Assembly: GCF_009914755.1 (NCBI RefSeq)
Contig: NC_060931.1
Strand: one strand, 5' to 3'
DNA from: the human T2T-CHM13v2.0 reference genome, Homo sapiens
Length of the DNA stretch: 64,000 bases
Shown here: positions 13,968 through 25,779 of the stretch, piece by piece
How the letters are laid out: every line of letters begins with the position of its first letter
How positions within the stretch are numbered: position 1 is the first letter of the stretch
The notes under the pieces: generated by a model
Seen by the model: the letters and a program-made list of their open reading frames with translations, nothing else
Told to the model about the DNA's origin: nothing
The model's database searches: none
Made by a program: the position numbers and the translations under genes

Positions 13968-14334
13968 TGTTATGGGCTGATCGTGTCTCCCCAAAATTCG
14001 TATGTTGAAATCCTGACCTCTGGTACCTTAGAATATGACTATATTTAGAGATAAAGGCTTTAAAGGGGTAATTGAGGTCAAATAAGATCATTAGGGTGGG
14101 CCCTAATTTGATGTCACTGTGTCATAAGAAGAGAAACAAAGAAAAGGCTTTGAGAAGATATACAAGGAGAAAGTAGCTGTCTACAGGCCAAAGAGAGAGG
14201 CCTCAGGAGAAACCAAACCTGCTGACATTTTGATCTTGTACTTCTGGCCTCCAGAAGTGTGAGAAAATAAATTTCTGTTTTTAAGCCACCCCATATGGGG
14301 TAGTTTGTTATAGCACCCCTAGAAAACAAATACA
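13968..14334 (+). mobile_element. MLT1B/C-type MaLR solo LTR
   Basis: Starts TGTTATGGGCTGA..CCCCAAAATTCGTATGTTGAA, contains AATAAA, ends TAGAAAACAAATACA. Confidence 0.88.
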
Positions 14335-14514
14335 CTTGCCAGAAAATGACCTTATTATTCAAAGGAAAGTTGAAATTTTCGTTAAACACCTTGAAGCTCT
14401 TCTGTTGAGCCAGTTTGCCTGAGCTTACTCTTTGCTAGATGACCTACAAATGAGAGCCCTGGGGGCCACTGAACAGAAAAGGGTTAGTATCTGCCCTTAC
14501 CAGAGTTACATGAA

Positions 14515-14740
14515 ATACATTTTAATATAAAGAATAAATTATGCATATATATAAAACATTATATTTATATTATTTAGTGTAACATATATTTTAATAAATA
14601 TTTGATTATCTTATTAAAATATATATTATTTTAATATATTATATGAAAATGCATAATTATAAATGTGTTATTTTAATATAATATATATTTTAATAAATAT
14701 GTGTCACTTATTTTTTATCTTACATATATGAATCTAATAA
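14515..14740. repeat. AT-rich low-complexity tract
   Basis: Almost pure A/T with degenerate TATATTTTAATA units. Confidence 0.75.
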
Positions 14741-14804
14741 TGTTTTTGAAGTTTTCTGATTATTCTATAAGGAAATAAAGCTTTATGTTCATTTTTCTCT
14801 CATT

Positions 14805-17068
14805 TAAAAATTTTTATTTTTAATTTATATGGATACGTAATAGTTGTACATATTATGGGGTACATGTGATATTTTTATATAAGCATGCAACATGTAATGA
14901 TCAAATCAGAGTAATTGGGATATACATCACCTTAAGTATTTATCATTTGTTTGTGTTAGGAATGTTCCAATTTCACTCTTCTAATTATTTTAAGATATAC
15001 AATACATTATAGTTGATTTAGGCACCCTATTGTATACCCAATATTATTCCCTCAAACTATATTTTTGTACCCATTAACCAACCTATTTTTGTCCCCCTTT
15101 CCCCATTACCCTTCCTGGCCTTGGGGAACCATTATTTTACTCTATATTTCCATGAGATTAATTTTTCTAGCTATCACTTGTGAATGAGAATATGTGTTAT
15201 TTGTCTTTCTGTGCCTGGCTTGTTTGGCTTAACATAATGTCCTCTAGTTTCCATCTATTTTGTTGCAAATGACAAGATTTTATTCTTATTTGTGGCTGAA
15301 TAACATTCCGTTGGATATATGTACCACATTTTCCTTATGCATTAATTCATCCACTGATGAAAAATGAGGTTGATTCCATATCATGGCTATTGTGAATAGT
15401 GCCGTAATGAATATGGGAGTTCAAATATCACTTTGATATACTGATGTCTTTTCTTTTGGATACATACCTAGCCGTGGGATTGCGGAATCATATGGTAGTT
15501 CTATTTTTAGCTTTTTGGGGAATCTCCATATTGTTTTCCATAGTGGCTGAGCTAATTTACATTCCCACCAACAGTGTGTGAGCATTTTCCTTTCTCCATG
15601 TCCTCATCAGTATCAGTTTCTTTTAATCTTTTTGATGAAAGCCATTTTAACTGGCTGAGATGATCTCTCATGGTGGATTTGATTTGTGATTCTCTGATGA
15701 CTAGTTGAGAATTTTTTCATATACCTGTTGGCCATTTGTATATCTTCTTTTGAAAAATATTCAGATCTTTTGCCCATTTTTAATTGGTTGTTCATGGGTT
15801 TTTTGATATTGAGTTGTTTGAGCTCTTGTTTGGCTACTACTCAGTTGAGTAGTTTGCAAATATTTTCTCCCATTCTGCAGGTTGTCTCTTCATTTTTTTG
15901 ATTGTTTCCCTTGCTGTGCAATACTTTTGAGCTTGATCTGATTCCATTTGTTCACTTTTGCTTTTCTGGCCTTTACTTTTGAGGTCTTACTTGAGAAGTC
16001 TTTGCTAAGTCTAATGTCTTGTTTCCTGAATGTTTTCTCCTAGTAGTTTTATAGTTTCAGGACTTATATTTAAATCTTTAATTCACTTTGATTTTATTTT
16101 CCTATATGGTAAGAGATAAGGGTCAAGTTTTATCCTTCTGTGTATAGATATTCAGTTTTCTCAGCCCCATTTGTACAAGAGACTGTACTTTTCTCAATGT
16201 ATGTTATTGGTACTTTTGCGAAAAATGAGTTGGCTGTAAATGTGCAGATTTATTTCTGGGTTCTCTGTTCTGTTCCATTGTCCTATATATCTGTTTTTAT
16301 TCCGATGCCATGCTGTTTTGGTTACTATAGTGTTGTAATATAATATGAAGTCAGGTACTGTGATGCCTCTAGCTTTGTTCTTTTTGCTCAAGATTACTTT
16401 GGCTATTCTGGGTCTATTGTGGTTTCACATGAATATTTGGGGTTATTTTCTCAATATCTGTGAAGAATATTATTGATATTTTGATAGGGAGTGCATTAAA
16501 GCAATCTCAAAAATTGCTTTGTGTAGTATGGACATTTTAACAATATAAGTTATTCTAATTCATGAACATGGAATATCTTTCCATTTTTGTGTCCTTTTCG
16601 ATTTCGTTTATTAATTGTTTTATACTTTTCATTATAAGGATCTTCTGTATTTTCAGTTATTTATTCCTAGGTATTTTATTTCATTTGTAGCTATAGTAAA
16701 TGAGGTTCCTTTTTGGGTTCTTTTTTAAGATTGTTCACTGTTGGCATATAGAAATGCTATTGATTTTTATATGTTGATTTTGTATCTGCAACTTTATTGA
16801 ATTTGTTTATCAGTTCTAATAGGATTTTTGGTGGAACATTTAGGCTTTTATATCTATAAAATTATATCATTTCCAAGTAAGATTAATTTGACTTCTCCCC
16901 TTCCAATTTGGATGCCCTTTATTTCTTTTTCTTGTCTGGTTGCTTTAGCTAGGATTTCTAGTGCTGTGTTGCATAACAGTGGTGAAAGTGGACATCTTTG
17001 TTTTGTTTCAGATCTTAGAGGAAAAGCTTTTAGTTTTTTCCCATTAAGTATGATACTAGCTATAGGTT
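14805..17068 (-). mobile_element. L1MA-type LINE, 3' ~2.3 kb (3'UTR plus decayed ORF2)
   Basis: L1MA 3' end (GTACATATTATGGGGTACATGTGATATT); minus ORFs 16854-17072 ([20 protein letters not shown]), 16194-16391 ([13 protein letters not shown]) and 15613-15795 are L1 ORF2p pieces. Confidence 0.93.
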
Positions 17069-17369
17069 TCATTTGAATCTTAATTAGTAATAAGGTTTTA
17101 ATCTATTTTTAGTTATTATTCACCAGCATTTTTGTTCTTTTGAAATAGCATTTAAGTTAGGCTTGTTTGGTTGAAAAAGCAGTAACAGACCTTTGAGAAA
17201 GAAAAGAATAAATTCTAATGTCATAAAGACTGGAACTGGAAATATTTAGAGACAATAATATTTTACCAATTTCTCTGCCTAATCCTGATTTCTCTACAAA
17301 TTTCTTACGCTTATTTTTTCTTCATAAATTTTGTTCACAAATGATTTTGGTTTTATGTGGCTTCTTTTC

Positions 17370-18790
17370 ATTTTATTAAAAAAATTCAAACACACGTAAA
17401 AATAAAGCTAATTGTATGACGAACTTCCATTTACCATCACCTAGCTTCAACAATTATCAACTTTGCCAATACCGTTTCACATTCCCCTTATTTTATGTAT
17501 GTATATATGTGCACACATTTTTCTGTATTATTTAAAAGCTAATCACAGTTATCATGTATGGCTCAGAACTTTTCTCTTGACATAACATTCATGTCATTAT
17601 GAACACTTGGGAATTAACAGTAGTTCGTTAATATCATCTAATACCTAGTTGACTTAAATCACCAAGTGTATCAGAGAGGCTTTTGAGTTTGCTGATTTTT
17701 GCCTCATAGAGTTATTTTACTCCTCCTTTCTCATTAATTTCTATAGACTGATAGTAGAGCTATAGGCTTGATATATGGGCAAGAATTCTTTATGGGTGAT
17801 CTTTTAGCATTACATCATTAAGATCATGATAAATGGTTTTAGCACTTATTTACATATTATTTTCAAATGGTAATGTATTATTTTCAAGTGGTAACTCGAT
17901 CCTCCTTCTGTCTTTATTTGCAGAAATTGTGTGAATAAGAAATTTACTACATTAACCATTTGGCACTCTGCATTAAAACATACGGGAAAATAAGCAATGA
18001 GTCAGTGCTCTAGCAAATTCAATGGTGTCCAATGATATTTATTTTTTTGGTATAATTACGTTATGAACTTTTATATACTTGTATTTCTATTTGGCATAGT
18101 CATTATTATTTCTTTCTGCTGTTTAAATTGTCCAATGTTGGGAGAGGGCTCTGTCAAATTATTTTTGTCCTTTTGTCATAACCTGATTAGACTTTTAATG
18201 CTTTTTCGCTTTCTTCATAGCAGGATAGCATAGCCTCACCTTTTTGCTTCTAAATATTTTCAGTTGGTAGAGTAGGCTATTAATATTTTTAAGAGAAATA
18301 TCATTGATGTATTTTTTTCTGATACTTCCTCAAATTTAGGGTTTCAAGTTTCACTTAAATTCTTTGATTTTATACTTACATACTTTTTTCTCTTTTGCTG
18401 ATTACCTTGGTTCTTAACAATTTTAACAAAATTATTTTTTTCTACAACCTACCTATTGCAAAGGCCTACTAACTCAAGACTATTCAATGGTGTTTAAGAT
18501 TTTTTAAAGTTATTTGTATTATTAGGCTATGTTAATCTAGGCATATATAGAAAAATATTTTACTTTAAGCAATTTTTTTCTCTCCGTGATTTAAAACCAT
18601 TGTTATTACATTAGATACACTGTCTCCCTCCCCTCAACAGTTTTGGGATTGCTTATATGGTTTAATTTTTGACACAAGTAAAATATTTACCTAGTTTCAA
18701 TGTTAAAATAGTAAGTTATAATTCCATAAGACTTTCTTTTATCCTTGTTCTTCCACCTATTTTTCCCTTCAGCTGAAGGTAATTTGATTA
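17370..18790 (-). mobile_element. L1MC-type 3' region
   Basis: AAAATTCAAACACACG...CCATCACCTAGCTTCAACAATTATCAAC resembles the antisense L1MC4/5 terminus. Confidence 0.6.
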
Positions 18791-19259
18791 TGTTTGTATC
18801 TTTCCATACCAATACTTAAAAATATGGAAAATTAATTAGCAATTTGGAAGCAAACATTTTACTTTATACTATACACCTAAACAAATGCTGTAATTAGTGA
18901 ATAGCAACATGTAAAAATAAAATTAGTTAATTTCAACAAATGACATTTAATGCTGATCAAGCTCTGAAAGAAGGAAAAAAATGAACCATAGAAACTTTAA
19001 AACAAAACAGAACAAACATAGAAACAAATACATTCTTTCAAAATAAATTAAATTACCCGGTTAAATGTTAAATATTATCATATGATTTTTGGTAATAAAT
19101 GTGACACAATAAATTATAAGATATAATAGGTACCATTCGATAAGTACTCTTTTCCTGAAAATTTTAAAATCATCTTATTTAATACTCAGTACTCATAGTG
19201 TTTATTTTAGTATGGTATTTTATAAGGGAAGAAAGTTAGTCTAAAAAGACAAATTAACT

Positions 19260-19375
19260 GCTATTATATTCTCCCAAAATTCACATGTTGAAGCTCCAAC
19301 CCGCAATGTGACAGTATTTGGAGATAGGACCTTTATGAAGGTAATTAAAGTTAAATGAGATCTTAAGAATGGGAT
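19260..19375 (+). mobile_element. MLT1A/B-type LTR, 5' fragment
   Basis: CCCAAAATTCACATGTTGAAGC...AGTATTTGGAGATAGGACCTTT...GTAATTAAAGTTAAATGAG. Confidence 0.8.
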
Positions 19376-19965
19376 CACCTGGCTTCTGGTTTCACGTGGT
19401 GGCTGGGCTCTTTCTTGTGGTCCAGCTATATATGGAAATCTCAGTTTAGCAGGTGCCGTGGCCCCATATGGAGGCTGGGGGCCTCTGCAGAGGCCTAACC
19501 TCTATGGTGGCTTCTTTCTTCAGAAGGAGCTGGTTCTGTGAGAGCGGGTGTCTCAAGTCTCATGGGTTTCTCATAAGCTAGGAGTTTCTTGAGATGGCCT
19601 GGCTCAGCTGGGCCATCCGCTTCAACGGAGTCTTTACATCTCCCATACCACAGTGACCTGGCTACCTTGGATGCTCATCTGAGGGCTTGATAAGGGGTCA
19701 CAGTGTAAAGCCATTTTGGAAGCCTTCGTTTCTCCATAAGGAACCTTATGTTCCTTCTGTTGAGTGCTTGCAGTTGACTCTGGAAGTCTGAATGTTAGAA
19801 GACACTTTCAGGGGACACTTTCAAGAAGAAAGGCCTGAGGGGTTGCAAGTCCAGAGGTATGCACAAGGTCATAGCTGTGGCTCTGATGTCAGTCCTCAGA
19901 TGTGCATCCAGGCAAGCAGTGGGAGAAAGTGTCCAGAAGATGCTATCTGACAAAAAGCTCTTCAG

Positions 19966-20069
19966 AAAGCCAATTGCAGATCTGGAGACTTGTCAGCCTT
20001 AATTATGTGAACCAATTCCTTATAATAATTCTCTAGATTCTGTTTCTCTGAAGAGTCAGGACTAATACA
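19966..20069 (+). mobile_element. MLT2-type (ERVL) LTR, 3' fragment
   Basis: GACTTGTCAGCCT...CCAATTCCTTATAATAA...TTCTGTTTCTCTG...GACTAATACA. Confidence 0.75.
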
Positions 20070-20469
20070 CTTCCCTGGGGTTGCACAGCTACCAAGTGAA
20101 ACAGGAGAGAAGCAAATTCTCATTCATCTGGCTCCAAATTTCATGCTCTTTTTTATTGTACGTTTTATAAAACACTTATTAACTATGTAAATAATACTGA
20201 TAGTAAATAGAAACATCAGAAGAACAGGTCAGAAATAATTAAAAAAGGAGAAATGTGCACAGGAGAATTAAGATATTTTCTCTTTATTAACACAGTTAAG
20301 TAGCACCATTTAGTTCTCAAGATTCTGTCAACAATTATTTGTTGGAATCTGAATTACTTTTTAAAAATTGGAAATATATTATTATCTTGCTACTGATTGG
20401 TACTTTGTTTCTGGTAATAAACCATCAAGGAAGAATAAAACCAGGTTTTTTCTTTGCATTTCTGAATTA

Positions 20470-20957
<488 letters not shown>

Positions 20958-23099
20958 TCATAGTTTAGAAATTAAGTCCAGTATTTTCCACTTACTTCCT
21001 TTAGTTTGTTTTATTTAATGCAGGCAATAGACATATGAAGTAATTTTATGCCTGGTCTTTCTGATTATAGATATGTCACCCTGCAAATACAAGGATTGTA
21101 TTTTATGTACATATCTTCCTTTCACAGGCCTATGACCCATGCAGGGTGGCTTAGCAGTTTTATGTTGATTTAATACCTCAGCCAGCTAGCACCTACAAAA
21201 AAGTGAGTTATGAATATTAGGCATATATTTTAGAATCAATAAATAACTAGTAAGCCTGTGAAATACAATGATAAGTACCTAGCCACTCTGCAAGGTAGTA
21301 ATAGGCTAAAATGAAAAAAAACAAAACCAAAGCAAAAAAATACAAGAACGTTTGGCCAAGAGAAAAATTGAAATTTGAGAAGACATTTCTTACCATAAAC
21401 ATGGTATAAGAATTTCACTTATCTTAAGTAGCACAATGTAGTTAAATTAGGACTGAGGAATGTAAGTTACATTAGTCCAAAGGAAGGAAATGGTGTCCAA
21501 CAAAAGGATAAGCCTCTTGAAAAAGAAGTTTTCTGTTCCGTGTGTTTAGGTAGTGGCTCAGTAACTCTGCATCAAGGTGACTATATGAGGAATCCTTATG
21601 CCAGATGATTCAGTGAACCTTGAAAGTTTACTTCAGCTTGAAAATTTACGTTACATGTGACATGATCCTATGTCATCATTTGAAGTCATTTACAGACAGA
21701 GGTCATTTACAAACAGAGGTTTTCTGTCATTTATAAAGATCACTGGGCCATACTGTTTTCCATTCTCGAGTGAATTGTTTTATTTAACTTAAAATATTTC
21801 ATTCTGACGTCTTCTAGAATACAATTTTGTCCTTAACTTGGTTTATGATTGTTAGTATTTATTTAGCCTAAGTTCCCTGTTCCCTCCTTTCATCTCCTCT
21901 CCATCCCCTGCCTCCCTGGACCATCTGTCATTTCTTCCTTCCCAGGGAAAACACATTTTCATTTTACAGTTATAAATACGGGGAGTAGAACTGGACTGTT
22001 GAAACTGAATGAGACAGATATTTTTAATAGCTGTTTCTATACCAGAGAAAGGACTTGGTTACTCTCCTTCTCCCTCTAGACGTTTCTTTCACTTAACTGA
22101 CTTGATATTGTATATATATTTCATCTGAGGGAAAATTGGAAAGACCAGGAGACAGGGCAGAAATGATGCTGCTGCCAATTCATCTTCACTTGCACTTTTT
22201 TCATTGAGCCTGTCACAGGCTACTGGGAAAAAGAGACAAAGCTCCAGAGTGACAAATAGGCCCCATGATTATTTTCAACAAGTCACAAAAAAGTAGGACA
22301 AAATATCTTAATGTTTTCCTCTTTCCTTTCATCTTTCATTCAGCAGAGGTTTGCTGTCATTTATAAAGGTCACTGGGCCTGTGAGGAGACAGGCAAAGAA
22401 AAAGTTTGGTCCATCCCTCAAGCAGACTTTTAAATAGTGACTATATTGAAATAATAAAATAAGACCTTGAAACTAGAATATGTCTGAGTCTTTTAGGGGA
22501 ATAAGTTTTATTAGGCTACCCACAGTCTTCTGTCTACTCAGGGTTATTGGGAGCATCGGATAATAGAGCATTTTCATGTGGAAAGAATGGGAATGTGAAA
22601 AACACATTTTTTTCTTGTTTCTCTGTAGAAATAGTTGATTAGTTTCAGACAAGAAGTCCTGAAGAAAAAAAAATTCATACGGAATACTCTTTGGCACTTA
22701 AGGTGTGTACTGATTTATTTAGTAACTTTTTCCTCCTCTTGGGAGGCATTGTGAAGTAATACACTCCTCAAACTGTAAATGTGACTGAAGCTACATGAAT
22801 AAAAGATAGACTGAAAGGAGTATCTATAGCCACTTAGCTACAGCCACTTTAGGCTTAGAAGCGGGCATCATACCTGAAGGATTTATACTAATTGAAGACT
22901 TTTAGAACATGAATTGGATGCAGCGCCTCCAATTTACTCCTGAGGTAAGCCAGGACTGTACTTTTACTGGAAAACTTGTCACGATAAATTCTTACCTGAC
23001 AACATGATGCAGCGGTGACAAGGGGAAACAGCTAATGACTCCTTACTGAATGCCTGCTCCATGAAAGGCACTAAGGAGGATGGGAGTCAGAAAACTATT

Positions 23100-24035
23100 C
23101 AAGGAACTTCTAGTCATCAATATTACATTTTTCGTCATCTTACTTGATACAGCAGCATTTGAAACAAGTCAGTACTCTTCGTTCTTGCAAACTCTCCGTC
23201 GAATTCCAACACCACCCTCTTTATCTCCTTTTATTTTACCAGCTACTCTTTGTCAGTCTCTTTATTACTGGTTCTTCCTCTACATTTTGGAGCACTCTAG
23301 GATCATTTTTGGGATCTTGTTCTCACTTGACTGTCAGCCCCTGGTTGATCTCATATAGACTGATTGCTTGAAGTGCCTTCTACATTCTGACATCTCCCAT
23401 ATTGTCATCTCTGCCTGGAACTCCAACAGAAGCCTGACTAATCCTCATTCCCATTTAGATGTTATAGGAATACATAAGTAAAAATTTTTAAAACAGAGTG
23501 ATGATTTTTCCCAACATAGCAGTCCTTCTTTCAGGCTTTCCTGTATCTTTTAAATGACACTTTATTGTGCTTATTTCCCAAGGAAAATCCTGAAATTCAT
23601 CTTTGAAACTTTTCTTTTTTTTTACCACCCACTCTAATTCAACTCACAAGATAATCCTGTAAGCTCTGCTTTCAGTATTATATTGAAAATCCTAGTATTT
23701 ATCTCCTCCTTCTACCTCTAGTACTGCCATTAGTTTAGGCCTTTATCTGTTCTAACCTGGTGATCAGCATGGCTGGGTTTCTTATATTCCTCAGATCTCA
23801 GCCTAGATATTTCCCCTCCCTTTTCACTATTAACAAACTGTTTGTTGCTGTTTTTATACATGGAGCTTAGTTAATACAATTTTGGAAAATATGCTTTTAT
23901 TTTGTTTTATTTTATTTTGTTATTGTTACTATAAGACCTACACGGGTATAGACATCATTTCTCTCATTCACACTGGGTTTCCAGCACCCAAAGTTGGCCT
24001 CAAAGTATCTATTGAAGATTGTGAATAAGTGAATG
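23100..24035 (+). mobile_element. L2 fragments
   Basis: CATCTTACTTGATACAGCAGCATTTGAAACA (L2 RT region) through an L2-like 3' terminus near 23970-24035. Confidence 0.7.
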
Positions 24036-24289
24036 GTCTAATGAGGATTTTTATAACTATCAACTACTTGCTTCATAGACTGAGCCATGGATACAGCTGT
24101 CAAATAGGATAGAATGCTTGATGTGTCCTCTTGATGTAGGTCTGCCTTCTTTTAAATGTGCATATGTAGAGGAAGAAGCCAAGCATTCTAAGAATGAACG
24201 TTGAAAAACATGAGCTGAGTCATTGGGGCAGAGAGGGCAAAGATATATGAGGACAGCAGATCGACAGACAATTAAAGTGTTTTAAGGAG

Positions 24290-25300
24290 AGGAAATTAAT
24301 GTCAGAAATGTAGGTCAGGGCCAAGTCATGGATAGCCTTAAAAATCACCAACTACACATTTTATCATCTCAGCAGGAAGGGACCTAGGAAAACTTTTAAG
24401 CAGAGCACATTATGAAAGTCATATTTTAAGATATTTAATCTGGCAATATTGGAGGAAATAAGTCTGCCTTCAGCAAAACAAGCCAGCTAGCTAGGTCATA
24501 GTGGGGTGGGAGGTAGAAAAATACGAATGTACATATAAGCAGAGTGAATAAAAGTGATGCAATAGGCATTTCCAACTAACAACTGTGTGCTTATCTAATA
24601 GGTTTTATATAACAGCTGGATGCAGGAAATAGGAAAGAAAAGCGGTAATGCTTACAGTAAAATTTTTAACACCTGGAGCTGGCAGAATGGCAGCGCAATG
24701 AACGGAAGACAGCAAGTGTGCAGCCAGTGAAGCCTGAATGCGAGTTCTAGCTTTCAATGTGCTGAACTTCAGGTAATCATAGCAACTAAGAATATCCAGG
24801 TGGCAGTTAATAATAAAACTCTGGCCCCTGACGTAGGATTCAGGTACCATAGGTTTTCAATAGAAATAATATTTGAAATGTTGAGAGTGAGTGAGTTTTC
24901 TAAAGCAAGTCTTATACAGAGAACAAAAATTTGAATTATGAGACCAAGTTGTGACATGCTGAGTCAGTGGGTGTAGCTGAACATAAAAACAGAATGAGAA
25001 GAAACAGTGGTCAAGCAGAAATCACAAAAGAGAAAAGAAGAAATGGTTTGTGTGATGATACAAAAAAATCAGAAGGAAAGTTTTTCAAGAAAGGAATAAT
25101 GAAAACTACCAAATGGTTAAACCATCAAAAACAATAAAGACTTTTCAAAAAGTATTTCTATTTGGTGTCTGTGAGATCAATATCAATATTTCCTTTATTC
25201 TCTATGTTAGAGGAAGTTGGCTTAATATATGCTCTTAACAAGTGAATGGGTTTTGACAAAACAAATGCAATTGATATAACATTTGCAAGATAAATTTGTC
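24290..25300 (-). mobile_element. L2 fragments (antisense)
   Basis: GTAGGTCAGGGCCAAGTCATGGATAGCCTT and AATATCCAGGTGGCAGTT, typical of antisense L2. Confidence 0.55.
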
Positions 25301-25397
25301 AGTAAAAAAGAACAGAACTAATTTTAGAGCTACTTACCCAAATTTTAGAAATGAAAAGAAAACATAGATTACTTATTAATTTAATCTTCATCATTGC

Positions 25398-25779
25398 TGA
25401 TGTCGTTTGGCTGTGTGTCCCCATCCAAATCTCAAGTCAAATTGTAATCCCCATGTATTGGAAGAGGGACCTGGTGGGAGGTGATTAGATCATGGGGGCA
25501 GGTTTCCGCTTTGCTATTCTTGTGAGAGTGAGTTCTCACGAGATCTGGTTGTTTAAAAGTGTGCAGCACTTACCCCTTTGCTGTCTCTTCCTCCTGCTTG
25601 GCCATGGTACATGGTGCTTGCTTCCCCCGTGCCTTCTGCCATGATTGTAAGTTTCCTGAGGCCTCCTAGCCATGCTTCCTGTACAGCGTGCATAACTGTG
25701 AGTCAATTAAACCTCTTTTCTTTATATATTACTCAGTCTCAAGTAGTTATTTATAGCAGTGTGAGGGTAGACTAATACT
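25398..25779 (+). mobile_element. MSTA-type MaLR solo LTR
   Basis: TGATGTCGTTTGGCTGTGTGTCCCCATCCAAATCTCA...CCATGCTTCCTGTACAGC...ATTAAACCTCTTTTC...GACTAATAC. Confidence 0.92.

Noticed and set aside
22853-22950. Possible 92-nt exon ending at the strong donor GAG|GTAAGC
   Set aside because: Weak acceptor with no pyrimidine tract; such donors occur by chance in 64 kb.
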